DNA of 64,000 nt from Planctomycetota bacterium. Its GTDB lineage: Bacteria > Planctomycetota > UBA1135. Shown here piece after piece: positions 52,759 through 62,477 of the stretch (positions are counted from its first letter, which is position 1; the number at the start of each line of letters is the position of its first letter). Both the position numbers and the translations under genes were made by a program. The stretch is taken from the NCBI GenBank assembly GCA_045047305.1, contig JASFYO010000002.1, positions 1-64,000 of the forward strand, in the 5' to 3' direction. The notes below the pieces were generated by a model. It had not been told where the DNA came from, did not search any database, and was given only the letters and a program-made list of their open reading frames with translations.

Positions 52759-54324
52759 TCACTGAGAAGTGTATTGCGCCAGAAGCCATGGCCTCCACAA
52801 CTCTTGCTCTAGCTGATAAACCGAATCCCCTCCCTTAACACCAAAGAGCTGGGTTGTAAGTTTGCGCCAGTCCTGCACAAAACGGCGCGACTGCATAAGT
52901 TGCTGCAATTCACGCATCCAGGATTGACCGGCAACACCAGCCTCGCGATCCAGCCAAGCCACGAAGGACCACGCCTTCGCTAAATCAGCATTCTCATACA
53001 CGTAAAGCTGACGCCCGCATAGATCTTGAATCCGCGTTTTAGAGCCCAGTGCGATCTGCGCAAGACTTTGCTCTAAGCCAACCGTAACGACGGCCTCATA
53101 GTCCTCCGGGACCTCCATCTTCAGACTTACACAGTGGCCGCTGCTGCGATTGAGATAGCGCAGGGAAAGCTCATACCCCAATCCCTCTTCCATCCAATCC
53201 AACCTATCCTTCTCGATGTTGTAGCAACGAGAAGCTAGCGAATGGCCCAGGCGATGTAATAAAACGCCAGCGATATCAACGTCCGGCAACACGCGCCAAT
53301 AACTCAAGTCACGGTCTTTCAAACGAAAGTGAGTGCCACGATTTCGCGCCCGAGCTGGTTCCCCTGGCTTATCCCCCCAATCTAGTCCGTAGTAACTGCC
53401 AAGCAACTTCTCCAGATGCATTTTCTGGTCCGTGCTAAAGAAGAGCTCCAAGATGACCTCCTCGGGAATCGGATCCAGCTTCCCTAATTCCATGAGCGGC
53501 TCCACACTGCGCGTACGGAAATCTGCAATGACGTATTCGCCAAGCTTCAGTAACTCCTCAACCTCATGGTCAGCAATCCCAGTGTGGTAAAGAATACGCA
53601 AGTGAGTACTTTCGCGTACGTGAAACTCCAAGTTCGGACCTCCAACAGCGTGTGCGGCATCAACCAATTTCTGTGGAGTCTCAATCGTGGAGACTGGAAA
53701 GGCGGCATTGCGAATCTTAGCCTTCGTTGGCAGCCCCAAAGCGCGCCGAACTTTTTTCAGCGGTTTCTCCAATTGTTCAGCGGCTTTAGCATAACCAGTG
53801 CGTTGTAGCCAAATCTGTTGGTTCATCAACAAGCGATGCAGGCTTTGCCTGAGGGCTGTCACTTTAGCGTCGTCTCCTTTTGCCTCCTTGACCGCATCCT
53901 GAACCTCTTGCAAATGCTTTTCGGCCTTCGCATAGGCTTGAGCCAGAGTGTAGAAACTCTCGGTAGGCATGAAGGGATGCAACCTTTCTACCTTCTTCCC
54001 TTCCATCGAGATCGCGTATTTCTTGTACCTCACCACTCGGTGCGAACGCGCATCCAAGGTGTAGGGCACCATGCTCGGGTCAGACTGATCCTGCAAAAAG
54101 AAGTCCAACTGATCGTCGGCTTGCCAATCAAAATCACCCTCGATATCACGCGAGATGCCATCTCCTAACTCCACTAACAGCACTGATTTGCCATTCCAGT
54201 CAAAAAGCTGCTTCTTGTAACTCTTTGCCGATTTCGCCTCGCGAAACTCCAGCGCATAGATTTGAGCGGAGGCGGAGGAGCCGAGAAGGAGTATGGCTCC
54301 GAGGAGGAACAAGAAGTGTCGCAT
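52759..54324 (-). CDS. Secreted gluzincin/DUF1570-like protein, paralog 1
   Basis: Signal peptide then QIYALEF; LLHRLGH..WMEEGLGY..KAWSFVAWL. Confidence 0.75.
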   Translation of the reverse strand: MRHFLFLLGAILLLGSSASAQIYALEFREAKSAKSYKKQLFDWNGKSVLLVELGDGISRDIEGDFDWQADDQLDFFLQDQSDPSMVPYTLDARSHRVVRYKKYAISMEGKKVERLHPFMPTESFYTLAQAYAKAEKHLQEVQDAVKEAKGDDAKVTALRQSLHRLLMNQQIWLQRTGYAKAAEQLEKPLKKVRRALGLPTKAKIRNAAFPVSTIETPQKLVDAAHAVGGPNLEFHVRESTHLRILYHTGIADHEVEELLKLGEYVIADFRTRSVEPLMELGKLDPIPEEVILELFFSTDQKMHLEKLLGSYYGLDWGDKPGEPARARNRGTHFRLKDRDLSYWRVLPDVDIAGVLLHRLGHSLASRCYNIEKDRLDWMEEGLGYELSLRYLNRSSGHCVSLKMEVPEDYEAVVTVGLEQSLAQIALGSKTRIQDLCGRQLYVYENADLAKAWSFVAWLDREAGVAGQSWMRELQQLMQSRRFVQDWRKLTTQLFGVKGGDSVYQLEQELWRPWLLAQYTSQ

Positions 54325-54385
54325 GCCGTCCCAAGGTTACCCTATAGGTAGCTTGGGCGGCAAGAATCCCCGTCCACTCAATCAA

Positions 54386-55201
54386 TTGCTGCGCAGCCTC
54401 TTCCAACCACGTTTTGTCGGCCATTTGCTCGGAATTCCGATCAAAGTTGCCCCTGCCGTCTGGGCCATGGTGGCCCTTGCTTTGCTTTCCGGTGGCGGCA
54501 ACACGGGCGTTCAGCCTCTCGCCATCGCTATTTTAATGCTCGTGCTTTTGGCGGCCCTGCTAATTCACGAACTGGCGCACGCTCTGGTTGCGAAACATTT
54601 GGGCTTGCATGTCCTCGACATCACCATTTGGCCCCTAGGTGGCGCCGCACGCATGGAAGGTCTCACTGGGCAATCCCGCCAGGAGGCGCTTGTTGCGGGC
54701 GCAGGCCCTGCCGCCAACATCGTGCTTGGAGGTATTTGCTTACTGATTCCCGGTCCCATTGCAGCCGACGCAGCTTGGATGAATCTCGTGCTTGGCCTCG
54801 GCAATTTGATTCCGGCCTTTCCGCTAGATGGTGGACGCATCCTTCGCGCTTGGCTCTCACGCCGTTCTCCCCTGGTCGATGCCACCCTTGCTGCAAATCG
54901 CCTGTCCAAATCGATTGCACTGCTTGCACTAGTGTTCTGCTTTTACTTTGGTGCCCTCTTCATTGGCCTCGTACTCGCCGCCTACCTGTGGTGGACCGGG
55001 CAGATGGAGTACTTTCAGATTCTCATGCGCGAAGGCCATGGCCCAACCATGCCAACTTCCGAAGTATGGAGACGCGCCTGCTATCCTTGGGTTTCCTCCA
55101 AGGGCTCCGGCTCTGGTTCCGACCGCCCCGCCGACCAGCTTGAGGATTACCGTGGAAGTCTCGACGACTTTTTCCGCGACCGTGACCGCGACCAATCATG
55201 A
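54386..55201 (+). CDS. Site-2 protease (M50 family)
   Basis: HELAH, WPLGG.A, AGP..N, NLIPAFPLDGGR; start uncertain (TTG 54386 avoids overlap with the divergent gene). Confidence 0.9.
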   Translation: MLRSLFQPRFVGHLLGIPIKVAPAVWAMVALALLSGGGNTGVQPLAIAILMLVLLAALLIHELAHALVAKHLGLHVLDITIWPLGGAARMEGLTGQSRQEALVAGAGPAANIVLGGICLLIPGPIAADAAWMNLVLGLGNLIPAFPLDGGRILRAWLSRRSPLVDATLAANRLSKSIALLALVFCFYFGALFIGLVLAAYLWWTGQMEYFQILMREGHGPTMPTSEVWRRACYPWVSSKGSGSGSDRPADQLEDYRGSLDDFFRDRDRDQS

Positions 55202-56076
55202 TTTCAATCCTTGCCCTTGCAGCTTTTCCACTATTCCAAACTCCAGCAAAACCAGATCGGCTGAAACCTTTGGTGCCTGCACCAGAAGGCTATACCCCAA
55301 AAGCAACACCTGCGCCCAAACCTGCTGCAGTACCAGAAGACAGCCCTTTTAGAAGCTTGGGTCCAACCCCACAGCCTCAACGAGGGGCGCTGCCAACCCC
55401 GAGCACAAAAGGACCGCGAGATCAAAAAGATGGTCGCCCACTGCCTTTCTCCGAAGATCGCCCATTGCTTAGTATTGATGGCGCCGTCATCCGTGCTGGA
55501 GAATTAAATCAGCTCGTTTCTTACTACCGCAGCTACCGCTCTGGGTCCGACGACATGATGCTGCAAGCCGCAGTCAAAGCGTTACTTCCGGTCAAGGTCA
55601 TGCAGGCCAAATTCAAGGCGCAGCTTCCAGACATGTATCGCAACATTGAAGAGGCACATGAAGCGGCCGTGGCTGGCGAAGACTTTGCCTCCGTGGTGAA
55701 ACGCTTTTCCCAAGATAGCGAGGCACCAACAGACGACGGGCGTTACACCTTTGGTCGTGACCAGGCGGTGCAACCCTTTGACCGCATTTGCCATTCCACT
55801 CCCGTGAATGGATTCTCGGCGCCCTTCCTTACCGTTTATGGATACCACTTCTTGCAGGTTTTAGACTACCAACGCGGCGAAAAGCCCAAGGATGACCAAT
55901 CGACTTCACGCCACGTCTTGATCATGTTCCCCGAGATGGTGCAGATGGAAAAGGAAGGCAAGGACGTCCGTTCCTGGATTAAGCAGCAAGTCCAAGCTGC
56001 CAAGATTGAAGTCCTAGAAGCTGGCATGCAGAACCTGGTGCCGCCGGCGAACCGTGGTCAGATTACTGGTCAGTAA
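55198..56076 (+). CDS. Parvulin-type peptidyl-prolyl isomerase, exported
   Basis: GEDFA.V.K.FSQD, V.PF, S.PF.T.YGYH, SRHVLI; hydrophobic leader and Pro-rich linker. Confidence 0.8.
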   Translation: MISILALAAFPLFQTPAKPDRLKPLVPAPEGYTPKATPAPKPAAVPEDSPFRSLGPTPQPQRGALPTPSTKGPRDQKDGRPLPFSEDRPLLSIDGAVIRAGELNQLVSYYRSYRSGSDDMMLQAAVKALLPVKVMQAKFKAQLPDMYRNIEEAHEAAVAGEDFASVVKRFSQDSEAPTDDGRYTFGRDQAVQPFDRICHSTPVNGFSAPFLTVYGYHFLQVLDYQRGEKPKDDQSTSRHVLIMFPEMVQMEKEGKDVRSWIKQQVQAAKIEVLEAGMQNLVPPANRGQITGQ

Positions 56077-56085
56077 ACCGGTCGC

Positions 56086-56610
56086 CTAGTCAGCCTGTGC
56101 AGGAGCCAGTCGAACCAACGGCTGGTTTGCATCGACGCTTTGGCCGGTCTCAACCAGCACCTCTTCGACCACCCCACCGTGTTGGCAGGTAACCTCGTTT
56201 TGCATTTTCATGGCCTCGAGAATGGCAACACCGGCGCCAGGTTCTAGGACATCGCCGACTTTCACCGAAACATCGATGAGCACGCCAGGCATCGAAGCCT
56301 TGATGATTTCCGCTTTCGGTGGTCCTTGTCCGGCAACCTCACCGGCTGCTTTTTCGCGTTCATCCATCGCGACTACGGTGTAACTTTCACCCGCAATATT
56401 GACCTGCAAGTGCTGCTGGTCTTGCTCCTCGATGGAAACCGCGAAACTGCGGTGATCGATGATGGCGGTGTATTGGCCGAGTCGGTCGACGTCGAGGAAA
56501 TCCGCATGAATCTCCTTTCCGTCTACCTTCACCGTGCAGTGTCCGCCGCCACAATCGTCTACTTCAAGCTCAAACTCACGTCCTGAATCTACGCGTAGAA
56601 AGTACTTCAT
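56086..56610 (-). CDS. Biotin carboxyl carrier subunit (BT plus biotinyl domain)
   Basis: A.MPG, LEAMKMQNE biotinylation motif. Confidence 0.92.
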   Translation of the reverse strand: MKYFLRVDSGREFELEVDDCGGGHCTVKVDGKEIHADFLDVDRLGQYTAIIDHRSFAVSIEEQDQQHLQVNIAGESYTVVAMDEREKAAGEVAGQGPPKAEIIKASMPGVLIDVSVKVGDVLEPGAGVAILEAMKMQNEVTCQHGGVVEEVLVETGQSVDANQPLVRLAPAQAD

Positions 56611-58151
56611 CGGGAAACCCTCCCATGTTGCTCGCGACGGGCTGCCGCAACCCAGGTATTGGTTTTTGCGCCTCCGGAATCTTCCGTTTGCATGACTCGA
56701 CGCGCAGCTGTTTTCTGTCTATGCAAGGCCGCAACCACCGCCGCGATTTGCTCTAAGTCATCCGGAATTTCGCGTTGCACCTCATGCTTGCCACGCTCCT
56801 CCACAAACTTCTCGAGGTAAGCCGTGTCGTAGTTGCCGCTAATGAATCCATCGGACTGAAGGATTTGCAGTGCAATGCCTGCGGAAGTCTTCACGCCGCC
56901 GACATGCAGCTCCTGCAATACCCGCAACATGCGACGTCGTGCTTGTTCGCGATCTCGTCCGTAGGCAATCAGTTTGGCGAGCATCGAATCGTAGTACGGG
57001 GTCACTTCCATACTGCGATAAACGCCAGAATCGATGCGTACTCCAGGTCCACCGGGCCAACGTAAGTTTCCAATCACGCCGAGGCTCGGCAGAAACTGGT
57101 TGTCTGGATCTTCCGCGTTGAGGCGCACTTCAATCGCATGTCCACGCGGCACGAGGCCGGTGCAGTCATCAATCTTCTCTCCTGCAGCAACCCGAATCAT
57201 CTGCGCAATGAGATCTACGCCATACACCTCTTCGGTGATGCCGTGCTCCACTTGGATACGCGTGTTCATCTCCAAGAAGTAAAACTCCCCCTTCGACCAC
57301 AGGAACTCCACGGTTCCGGCGGAAAAATAGTTCACTGCTTTAGCAGCTGCAACCGCGGCAGCACCCATCTGCATGCGGGTTTGTTCATCGATGACTGGAG
57401 AAGGCGCTTCCTCAATCAACTTTTGATGACGTCGCTGCAGGGAGCATTCGCGTTCTCCAAAATGGAGAATCGTTCCATGCTTGTCGCCAAGCACTTGAAT
57501 CTCAATGTGACGCGGCTGCACCAGGAACTTCTCCAGGTACATGCGGCCGTCGCCGAAAGCATTGAGTGCTTCGCCACTTGCGGTGGTAAAAGCGGATTCA
57601 ATCTCACTTGCTTCCTGCACCACGCGAATGCCTTTGCCGCCACCACCGGCGGAAGCTTTCAGCATCACTGGGTAGCCAATCTTTTCGGCTTCCTTGGCGG
57701 CTTCTGCAGCATCGGCGACCGCTTCAGTGTTGCCTGGAACCACCGGAACGCCCGCTGCAATCATGGCAGTACGGGCGGAGAGTTTGTCTCCCATGACCGC
57801 CATAGCGTGAGAGGACGGACCGACAAAACGAATGCCAGCTGCCTCTACCGCTTCTGCGAACTCGCCGTTTTCAGCTAGAAATCCAAAGCCGGGGTGAATG
57901 GCATCGGCCTTGGCTTGTTTGGCGATTTCTAAAATGCGGTCGGCACGCAAATACGATTCTGCAGGGGTCTTACCGCCTAAAGCATAAGCTTCGTTGGCAA
58001 AGCGTACGTGCAAGGCATGACGATCAGGATCTGAGTAAACCGCAATGGTTTCAATGCCAAGATCACGACACGAGCGCTGAATTCGCACCGCGATTTCACC
58101 GCGGTTCGCAATCAACAAGCGCTTGATAGGAGTTTGAGGGACTTGACTCAT
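56607..58151 (-). CDS. Biotin carboxylase subunit of acyl-CoA (propionyl-CoA) carboxylase
   Basis: IANRGEIA, HPGFGFLAEN, GGGGKG, RECSLQRRHQK, EMNTRIQVEH, YDSMLAKLI. Confidence 0.94.
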   Translation of the reverse strand: MSQVPQTPIKRLLIANRGEIAVRIQRSCRDLGIETIAVYSDPDRHALHVRFANEAYALGGKTPAESYLRADRILEIAKQAKADAIHPGFGFLAENGEFAEAVEAAGIRFVGPSSHAMAVMGDKLSARTAMIAAGVPVVPGNTEAVADAAEAAKEAEKIGYPVMLKASAGGGGKGIRVVQEASEIESAFTTASGEALNAFGDGRMYLEKFLVQPRHIEIQVLGDKHGTILHFGERECSLQRRHQKLIEEAPSPVIDEQTRMQMGAAAVAAAKAVNYFSAGTVEFLWSKGEFYFLEMNTRIQVEHGITEEVYGVDLIAQMIRVAAGEKIDDCTGLVPRGHAIEVRLNAEDPDNQFLPSLGVIGNLRWPGGPGVRIDSGVYRSMEVTPYYDSMLAKLIAYGRDREQARRRMLRVLQELHVGGVKTSAGIALQILQSDGFISGNYDTAYLEKFVEERGKHEVQREIPDDLEQIAAVVAALHRQKTAARRVMQTEDSGGAKTNTWVAAARREQHGRVSR

Positions 58152-58156
58152 GACTC

Positions 58157-59698
58157 CTAGAGTGGAATAGAACCGTGTTTCTTCGGTGGATTGGATTCGC
58201 GCTTGGTGGCCAGCATTTGCAGGGCGCGGATCAACCGTGGACGTGTGCGTGATGGAATGATGACATCGTCGATCAGACCACGTTCCGCCGCGAGGTAGGG
58301 ATTGGCGAACATGTCGCGATACTCCTCCACCAGTTCGCTTTCGCGCTTGACCGGATCATCGGCAGCGGCGATTTCTCGGCGGTGGATGATCTTGGCAGCG
58401 CCCTCGGCGCCCATGACGGCAATCTCAGCGCCGGGCCAAGAGACGTTCCAGTCACCGCGAGTCGATTTACTCGAAAGCACACAATACGCACCTCCATAGG
58501 CCTTGCGCGTCACCACGGTGAGTTTCGGCACCGTCGCTTCGCAGTAGGCGTAAAGCAGTTTGGCGCCGCGTCGGATGATGCCAGCATGCTCCTGTACGGT
58601 TCCAGGCATGAAGCCTGGGACGTCTTCAAAGGTGATGATTGGAATATTGAAGCAATCGCAGAAACGCACGAAGCGCGCTGCCTTTTCGGAAGCATCAATG
58701 TCCAAGACACCGGCAAGTGCCATCGGTTGGTTGGCGACGATGCCGACCGAACGTCCACCCAAACGTGCAAGGCCAATCACAATGTTGCGCGCGAAGCCTT
58801 GTTGGATTTCCATGAAGTCGCCGTCGTCCACCACCGAATGGATGACCTTCTTCATGTCATAAGGCTGATTCGGAGATTCTGGAATGATTTCATCTAGCAA
58901 GTCATCGCAACGATCGGATGGATCTTCGGTTGCAACGATTGGCGGTTCTTCGGTGTTGTTCGCCGGGAGGAAGGACAACAAGCGACGGATGCGCGCCAAA
59001 CACTCGGCATCGTCCTCGCAAGTGAAGTGACTGGTGCCACTGATTTCCTCGTGCACCTGCGCACCACCCAACTCTTCGGAAGTGACATCTTCGTGGGTGA
59101 CGGTCTTCACTACATCGGGGCCGGTGATGTGCATGTAACTGCTGCCATCGACCATCAAGATGAAATCGGTCAGAGCAGGCGAATAAACCGCACCGCCAGC
59201 ACATGGGCCCATGATGGCGCTAATCTGCGGCACCACGCCACTAGCCAAAGTATTGCGCAGAAAGATCTCCGAGTATCCCGCGAGCGAAACTACGCCCTCT
59301 TGAATGCGAGCACCACCGGAATCGTTCAGCCCAATCATGGGAATGCCGAGCTTCATCGACATGTCCATCACCTTGCAAATTTTCGCGGCATGCTCTTCGG
59401 CCAAACTTCCACCAAACACGGTGAAGTCTTGCGCAAACACGGCAACCGGGCGGCCATCGATGGTGCCGGTTCCAGTGACTACGCCATCGCCGAGTGGGCG
59501 CTGCTTATCCAAACCGAAGTTGGAGCTGCGGTGACGCCGGAAGGCATCGAGCTCCTCGAAGGAACCTTGATCAAGCAACAGCTCAATCCGTTCCCGCGCA
59601 GTCAGTTTGCCTTTGGCGTGTTGGGTTTCCATGCGTTTTTCACCACCGCCCAATCGGGCTTCGGCGCGCATGTCCTCAAGTTTCTGAATGGGATCCAT
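58157..59698 (-). CDS. pccB: Acyl-CoA carboxylase carboxyltransferase beta subunit (PccB-like)
   Basis: [45 protein letters not shown]. Confidence 0.9.
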   Translation of the reverse strand: MDPIQKLEDMRAEARLGGGEKRMETQHAKGKLTARERIELLLDQGSFEELDAFRRHRSSNFGLDKQRPLGDGVVTGTGTIDGRPVAVFAQDFTVFGGSLAEEHAAKICKVMDMSMKLGIPMIGLNDSGGARIQEGVVSLAGYSEIFLRNTLASGVVPQISAIMGPCAGGAVYSPALTDFILMVDGSSYMHITGPDVVKTVTHEDVTSEELGGAQVHEEISGTSHFTCEDDAECLARIRRLLSFLPANNTEEPPIVATEDPSDRCDDLLDEIIPESPNQPYDMKKVIHSVVDDGDFMEIQQGFARNIVIGLARLGGRSVGIVANQPMALAGVLDIDASEKAARFVRFCDCFNIPIITFEDVPGFMPGTVQEHAGIIRRGAKLLYAYCEATVPKLTVVTRKAYGGAYCVLSSKSTRGDWNVSWPGAEIAVMGAEGAAKIIHRREIAAADDPVKRESELVEEYRDMFANPYLAAERGLIDDVIIPSRTRPRLIRALQMLATKRESNPPKKHGSIPL

Positions 59699-59716
59699 GT
59701 TAGTTCATCCAGGCTC

Positions 59717-60136
59717 TTACGAGCCAAACCCTTCCCCGCCTTCGACGAGTTCCGTCAGCACACCGCTGGTCGCTTTCGGATGCACAAAGGCAATCCGCGT
59801 TTGATGCGCTCCAGTTTTCGGTTCGGTGTTGATCATGCGTACTTCTCGGTCCACCAATTCCTGGGTCGCCGCTGCGCAGTCATCGACCGCCAACGCGAGG
59901 TGATGCAATCCTGCACCACGCTTATCTAAGAAGGCTTGAATCGGCGAGTCTTTCCGAATAGGAAAAACCAATTCAATGCGCGTGGCGCCGGCATACATCA
60001 TCTGTACTTCCACGCCTTGATCTTCCACCACCTCACGGCTTCCTACGCGCAGCCCCATCTCTTTCCAGAGTTGAGTGGCCGCGTCGAGATCCGTGACGGC
60101 AATGGCTATGTGGTCGACTCCGAGAACGTTAGGCAT
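59717..60136 (-). CDS. mce: Methylmalonyl-CoA epimerase
   Basis: DHIAIAV, G.GLHHLAL.V, IAFVHPK...GVL.EL; adjacent to pccB. Confidence 0.9.
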   Translation of the reverse strand: MPNVLGVDHIAIAVTDLDAATQLWKEMGLRVGSREVVEDQGVEVQMMYAGATRIELVFPIRKDSPIQAFLDKRGAGLHHLALAVDDCAAATQELVDREVRMINTEPKTGAHQTRIAFVHPKATSGVLTELVEGGEGFGS

Positions 60137-60215
60137 GGGGTATCCGGGTTGGAGGCAAAGTATAAGCGGTCGGGCCTGCCGATTGAACGCCTACGTGTCC
60201 GCCGATTAAACCGAG

Positions 60216-61520
60216 CTAAGCGAGTTGACGGCGCAAGTTGCCATCGATTTTGCGCTGGACGATGTCATCTAGCCCCACCTGGTCTGCGTACTTCGGCCAA
60301 AACGCAACCACTTGCTGCACTTCGTGGACAATCCGTTGCGCACGACCACGTACCAGCCCTACCGCTTTGCCTGCAGCAATGAAATCGTCCAGGGTGAATC
60401 CATCGCGCTTGCCTTGGAGAGTCATTTGGTGCGCGTGCGTCCAATCGCCGGAGGGTTGATAGCTGTAGGTCACATCAAAGGCTGGCGAAAGAGTCCAAGC
60501 GCCTTGCTTATCCATGAGGAAAGCGATGTTCTTCACGTGGTCGTCTTGGTTACGCGCGAGAATGTTAAAAGCCATGCGGCGGAATTGCTGTTCGATGGAT
60601 GCGGCAGGCATATCCAGTTGTCGCATGATTTGCATGCACTGTTCATACCCATGTGCACCGGCTTGATTGAAATCGAAATGCGCGATGGCACCGAGCGATT
60701 GCATGTGCAACTTGGAGCCGTCTTCGCTGCGATCGAAGCGTTTGGTCATGAAATGACTGCGACCGTTTTCCTGCAGCAAACGGCATGGCATCATGCTTAA
60801 GCCGGCATCCTTTGCCATGAGGGAATAAGCATATTCGATTAAGCCATACCCCTTAGGGTCTTCCAGTTCCTTATCCCGATTACCGCCGACGCCATCGAAC
60901 TTCAGCAACCAATGTTCAAAACCAAGGTCGGCAGTGACTTGCCCCGAACGCACTTCTTGCGTTTCTGGATTCCATGCGATGACCGCTTTCGCGCGTGCAC
61001 CACCGGCCGATGTCCCTACCTGCAGAATGTCGCGAAGTGGGTCTGGCGCAGTCGAATCAACTAATTCAGCACGTACATGCTGCCGCTGATGAAGAATGTC
61101 GGAGGCTAAAGCGACCAGCTCCTGGACATCGATGGGGTGCGATTTGCGTTCACGCGGACCTTGGGTGGGGAAGAATTCCAGCGCCCCCATACCACGGGTG
61201 CCGGTGTAACAAAGACGTTCGACTGCGTTAAAGCTGGAGGCGTGACGCCCTTGACTGGCAAGCCATGCATCGATCAGAGCATTACCGAAACGATCTGGCA
61301 AGGTGTCAGCGAGCAACCCCGGCAACCCATGGAAGCTTTGTCGCGCCAACTGCGGAAAACTATAAAGGTTGGAACTCAACGGCATGTGCAACGGCGAAAC
61401 CTGAATGCCGCTTTGCGCAAAGGCAGGGTCGTATTCAAAGGTCGCGACATCGGATCCGTCGGCCAAGTACACAGCGCCTATGGTGCGCTCCCAAAGCTTG
61501 ACTTCTGCGAGCGTACTCAT
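60216..61520 (-). CDS. hipA: HipA-family kinase toxin
   Basis: LPD.FG, SAGGARAK, LLKFD, RFDR, NQDDHVKN, LSPAFD; ATG 61520 overlaps the antitoxin stop. Confidence 0.92.
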   Translation of the reverse strand: MSTLAEVKLWERTIGAVYLADGSDVATFEYDPAFAQSGIQVSPLHMPLSSNLYSFPQLARQSFHGLPGLLADTLPDRFGNALIDAWLASQGRHASSFNAVERLCYTGTRGMGALEFFPTQGPRERKSHPIDVQELVALASDILHQRQHVRAELVDSTAPDPLRDILQVGTSAGGARAKAVIAWNPETQEVRSGQVTADLGFEHWLLKFDGVGGNRDKELEDPKGYGLIEYAYSLMAKDAGLSMMPCRLLQENGRSHFMTKRFDRSEDGSKLHMQSLGAIAHFDFNQAGAHGYEQCMQIMRQLDMPAASIEQQFRRMAFNILARNQDDHVKNIAFLMDKQGAWTLSPAFDVTYSYQPSGDWTHAHQMTLQGKRDGFTLDDFIAAGKAVGLVRGRAQRIVHEVQQVVAFWPKYADQVGLDDIVQRKIDGNLRRQLA

Positions 61521-61861
61521 GCTTCCTTGTCCCAATCCCAAGCCGACTCCGACTTCTTGCGCCCCGGCGATGCACGTTTGCGTTGCTTTTGTTTCAGCTT
61601 CAATAGGTCCATCGGGCGCGGCCCACTTTCGGGCAACAGCCCATCTAGCACTTCCAGCAATTCCAAGGCGCGTAGCACTCGAATCCAGTTCGCCAGCTGC
61701 GTGGATGCCCCGCCCTCAATCCGTTCCACCGTACGCTTCGAGACCCCTGAGCGCTCCGCTAACTCGGCTTGCGACCACTGCATACGCAAACGCCTTTGCG
61801 TCATTCGCGCGCCCATTTCCTTCAGGACGCTGTCCTCGGGTTGGTTCGATTGGATTTTCAT
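61517..61861 (-). CDS. XRE-family HTH antitoxin (HipB-like)
   Basis: SQAELAERSGVSKRTVERIEGG, C-terminal W.W motif; upstream of and coupled to hipA. Confidence 0.88.
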   Translation of the reverse strand: MKIQSNQPEDSVLKEMGARMTQRRLRMQWSQAELAERSGVSKRTVERIEGGASTQLANWIRVLRALELLEVLDGLLPESGPRPMDLLKLKQKQRKRASPGRKKSESAWDWDKEA

Positions 61862-61897
61862 CTCGGGTATCCTCTGGGCTAGATCAGCAGCATCTTA

Positions 61898-61949
61898 ACT
61901 TAATTCGTCTATCTTGGCGACTAATTGTAATATTTTCACTTAATTCGTC
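61898..61949. promoter_or_regulatory. Candidate HipB-like operator region
   Basis: ACTTAATTCGTC direct repeat at 61898 and 61938; AATTCGTC-N9-GACTAATT inverted repeat; locally AT-rich. Confidence 0.55.
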
Positions 61950-61984
61950 AGTTTAGTCTGCTGGCAATGTCCTAGAGTACCCAC

Positions 61985-62419
61985 ATGCAAGCTCCCGAGG
62001 TCCCTGCTTCCAACAGAATTCGCTTCCAGGCCAAATGCCGCACCCGCTGGTCCGATGAGGACAATCAGGGTGTGCTCAACAACGCGGTTTACCTCACTTT
62101 ACTCGAGGAAGCGCGCTATCAATACTTCCACCATCTGGGCCAAATCGGCATTCACGGCCATTTCACCTTCGTCCTCGGCCAGACCAACATCCGCTATCTG
62201 GCTCCAGGCAGCGGGCCCGCCAAGGTTATCATCGACATCACCACCGTACACCTTGGCACCCGTTCCTTCCGCCAGGCCTACCGCGTGCGCAATGCGGCCG
62301 ACAATACCACTTGGGCAGAAGCCATCGCCGACATGGTGATTTGGGACTCCCTAGCTCAATCAAGCGCCCCGATGCCTGATAATTTTCGCGCCGCCATCAC
62401 TGAATTCGAAGGGCTGTAA
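61985..62419 (+). CDS. Acyl-CoA thioesterase (4HBT/FadM hot-dog fold)
   Basis: RWSD.D..G.LNNAVYL.L.EEAR, IRYL.P, G.RSF. Confidence 0.9.
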   Translation: MQAPEVPASNRIRFQAKCRTRWSDEDNQGVLNNAVYLTLLEEARYQYFHHLGQIGIHGHFTFVLGQTNIRYLAPGSGPAKVIIDITTVHLGTRSFRQAYRVRNAADNTTWAEAIADMVIWDSLAQSSAPMPDNFRAAITEFEGL

Positions 62420-62477
62420 CTCCAATACTCCTCTCTTCGCTGCTAGGGTGGATGCCCCCGATTCCCAATTGCAAACC

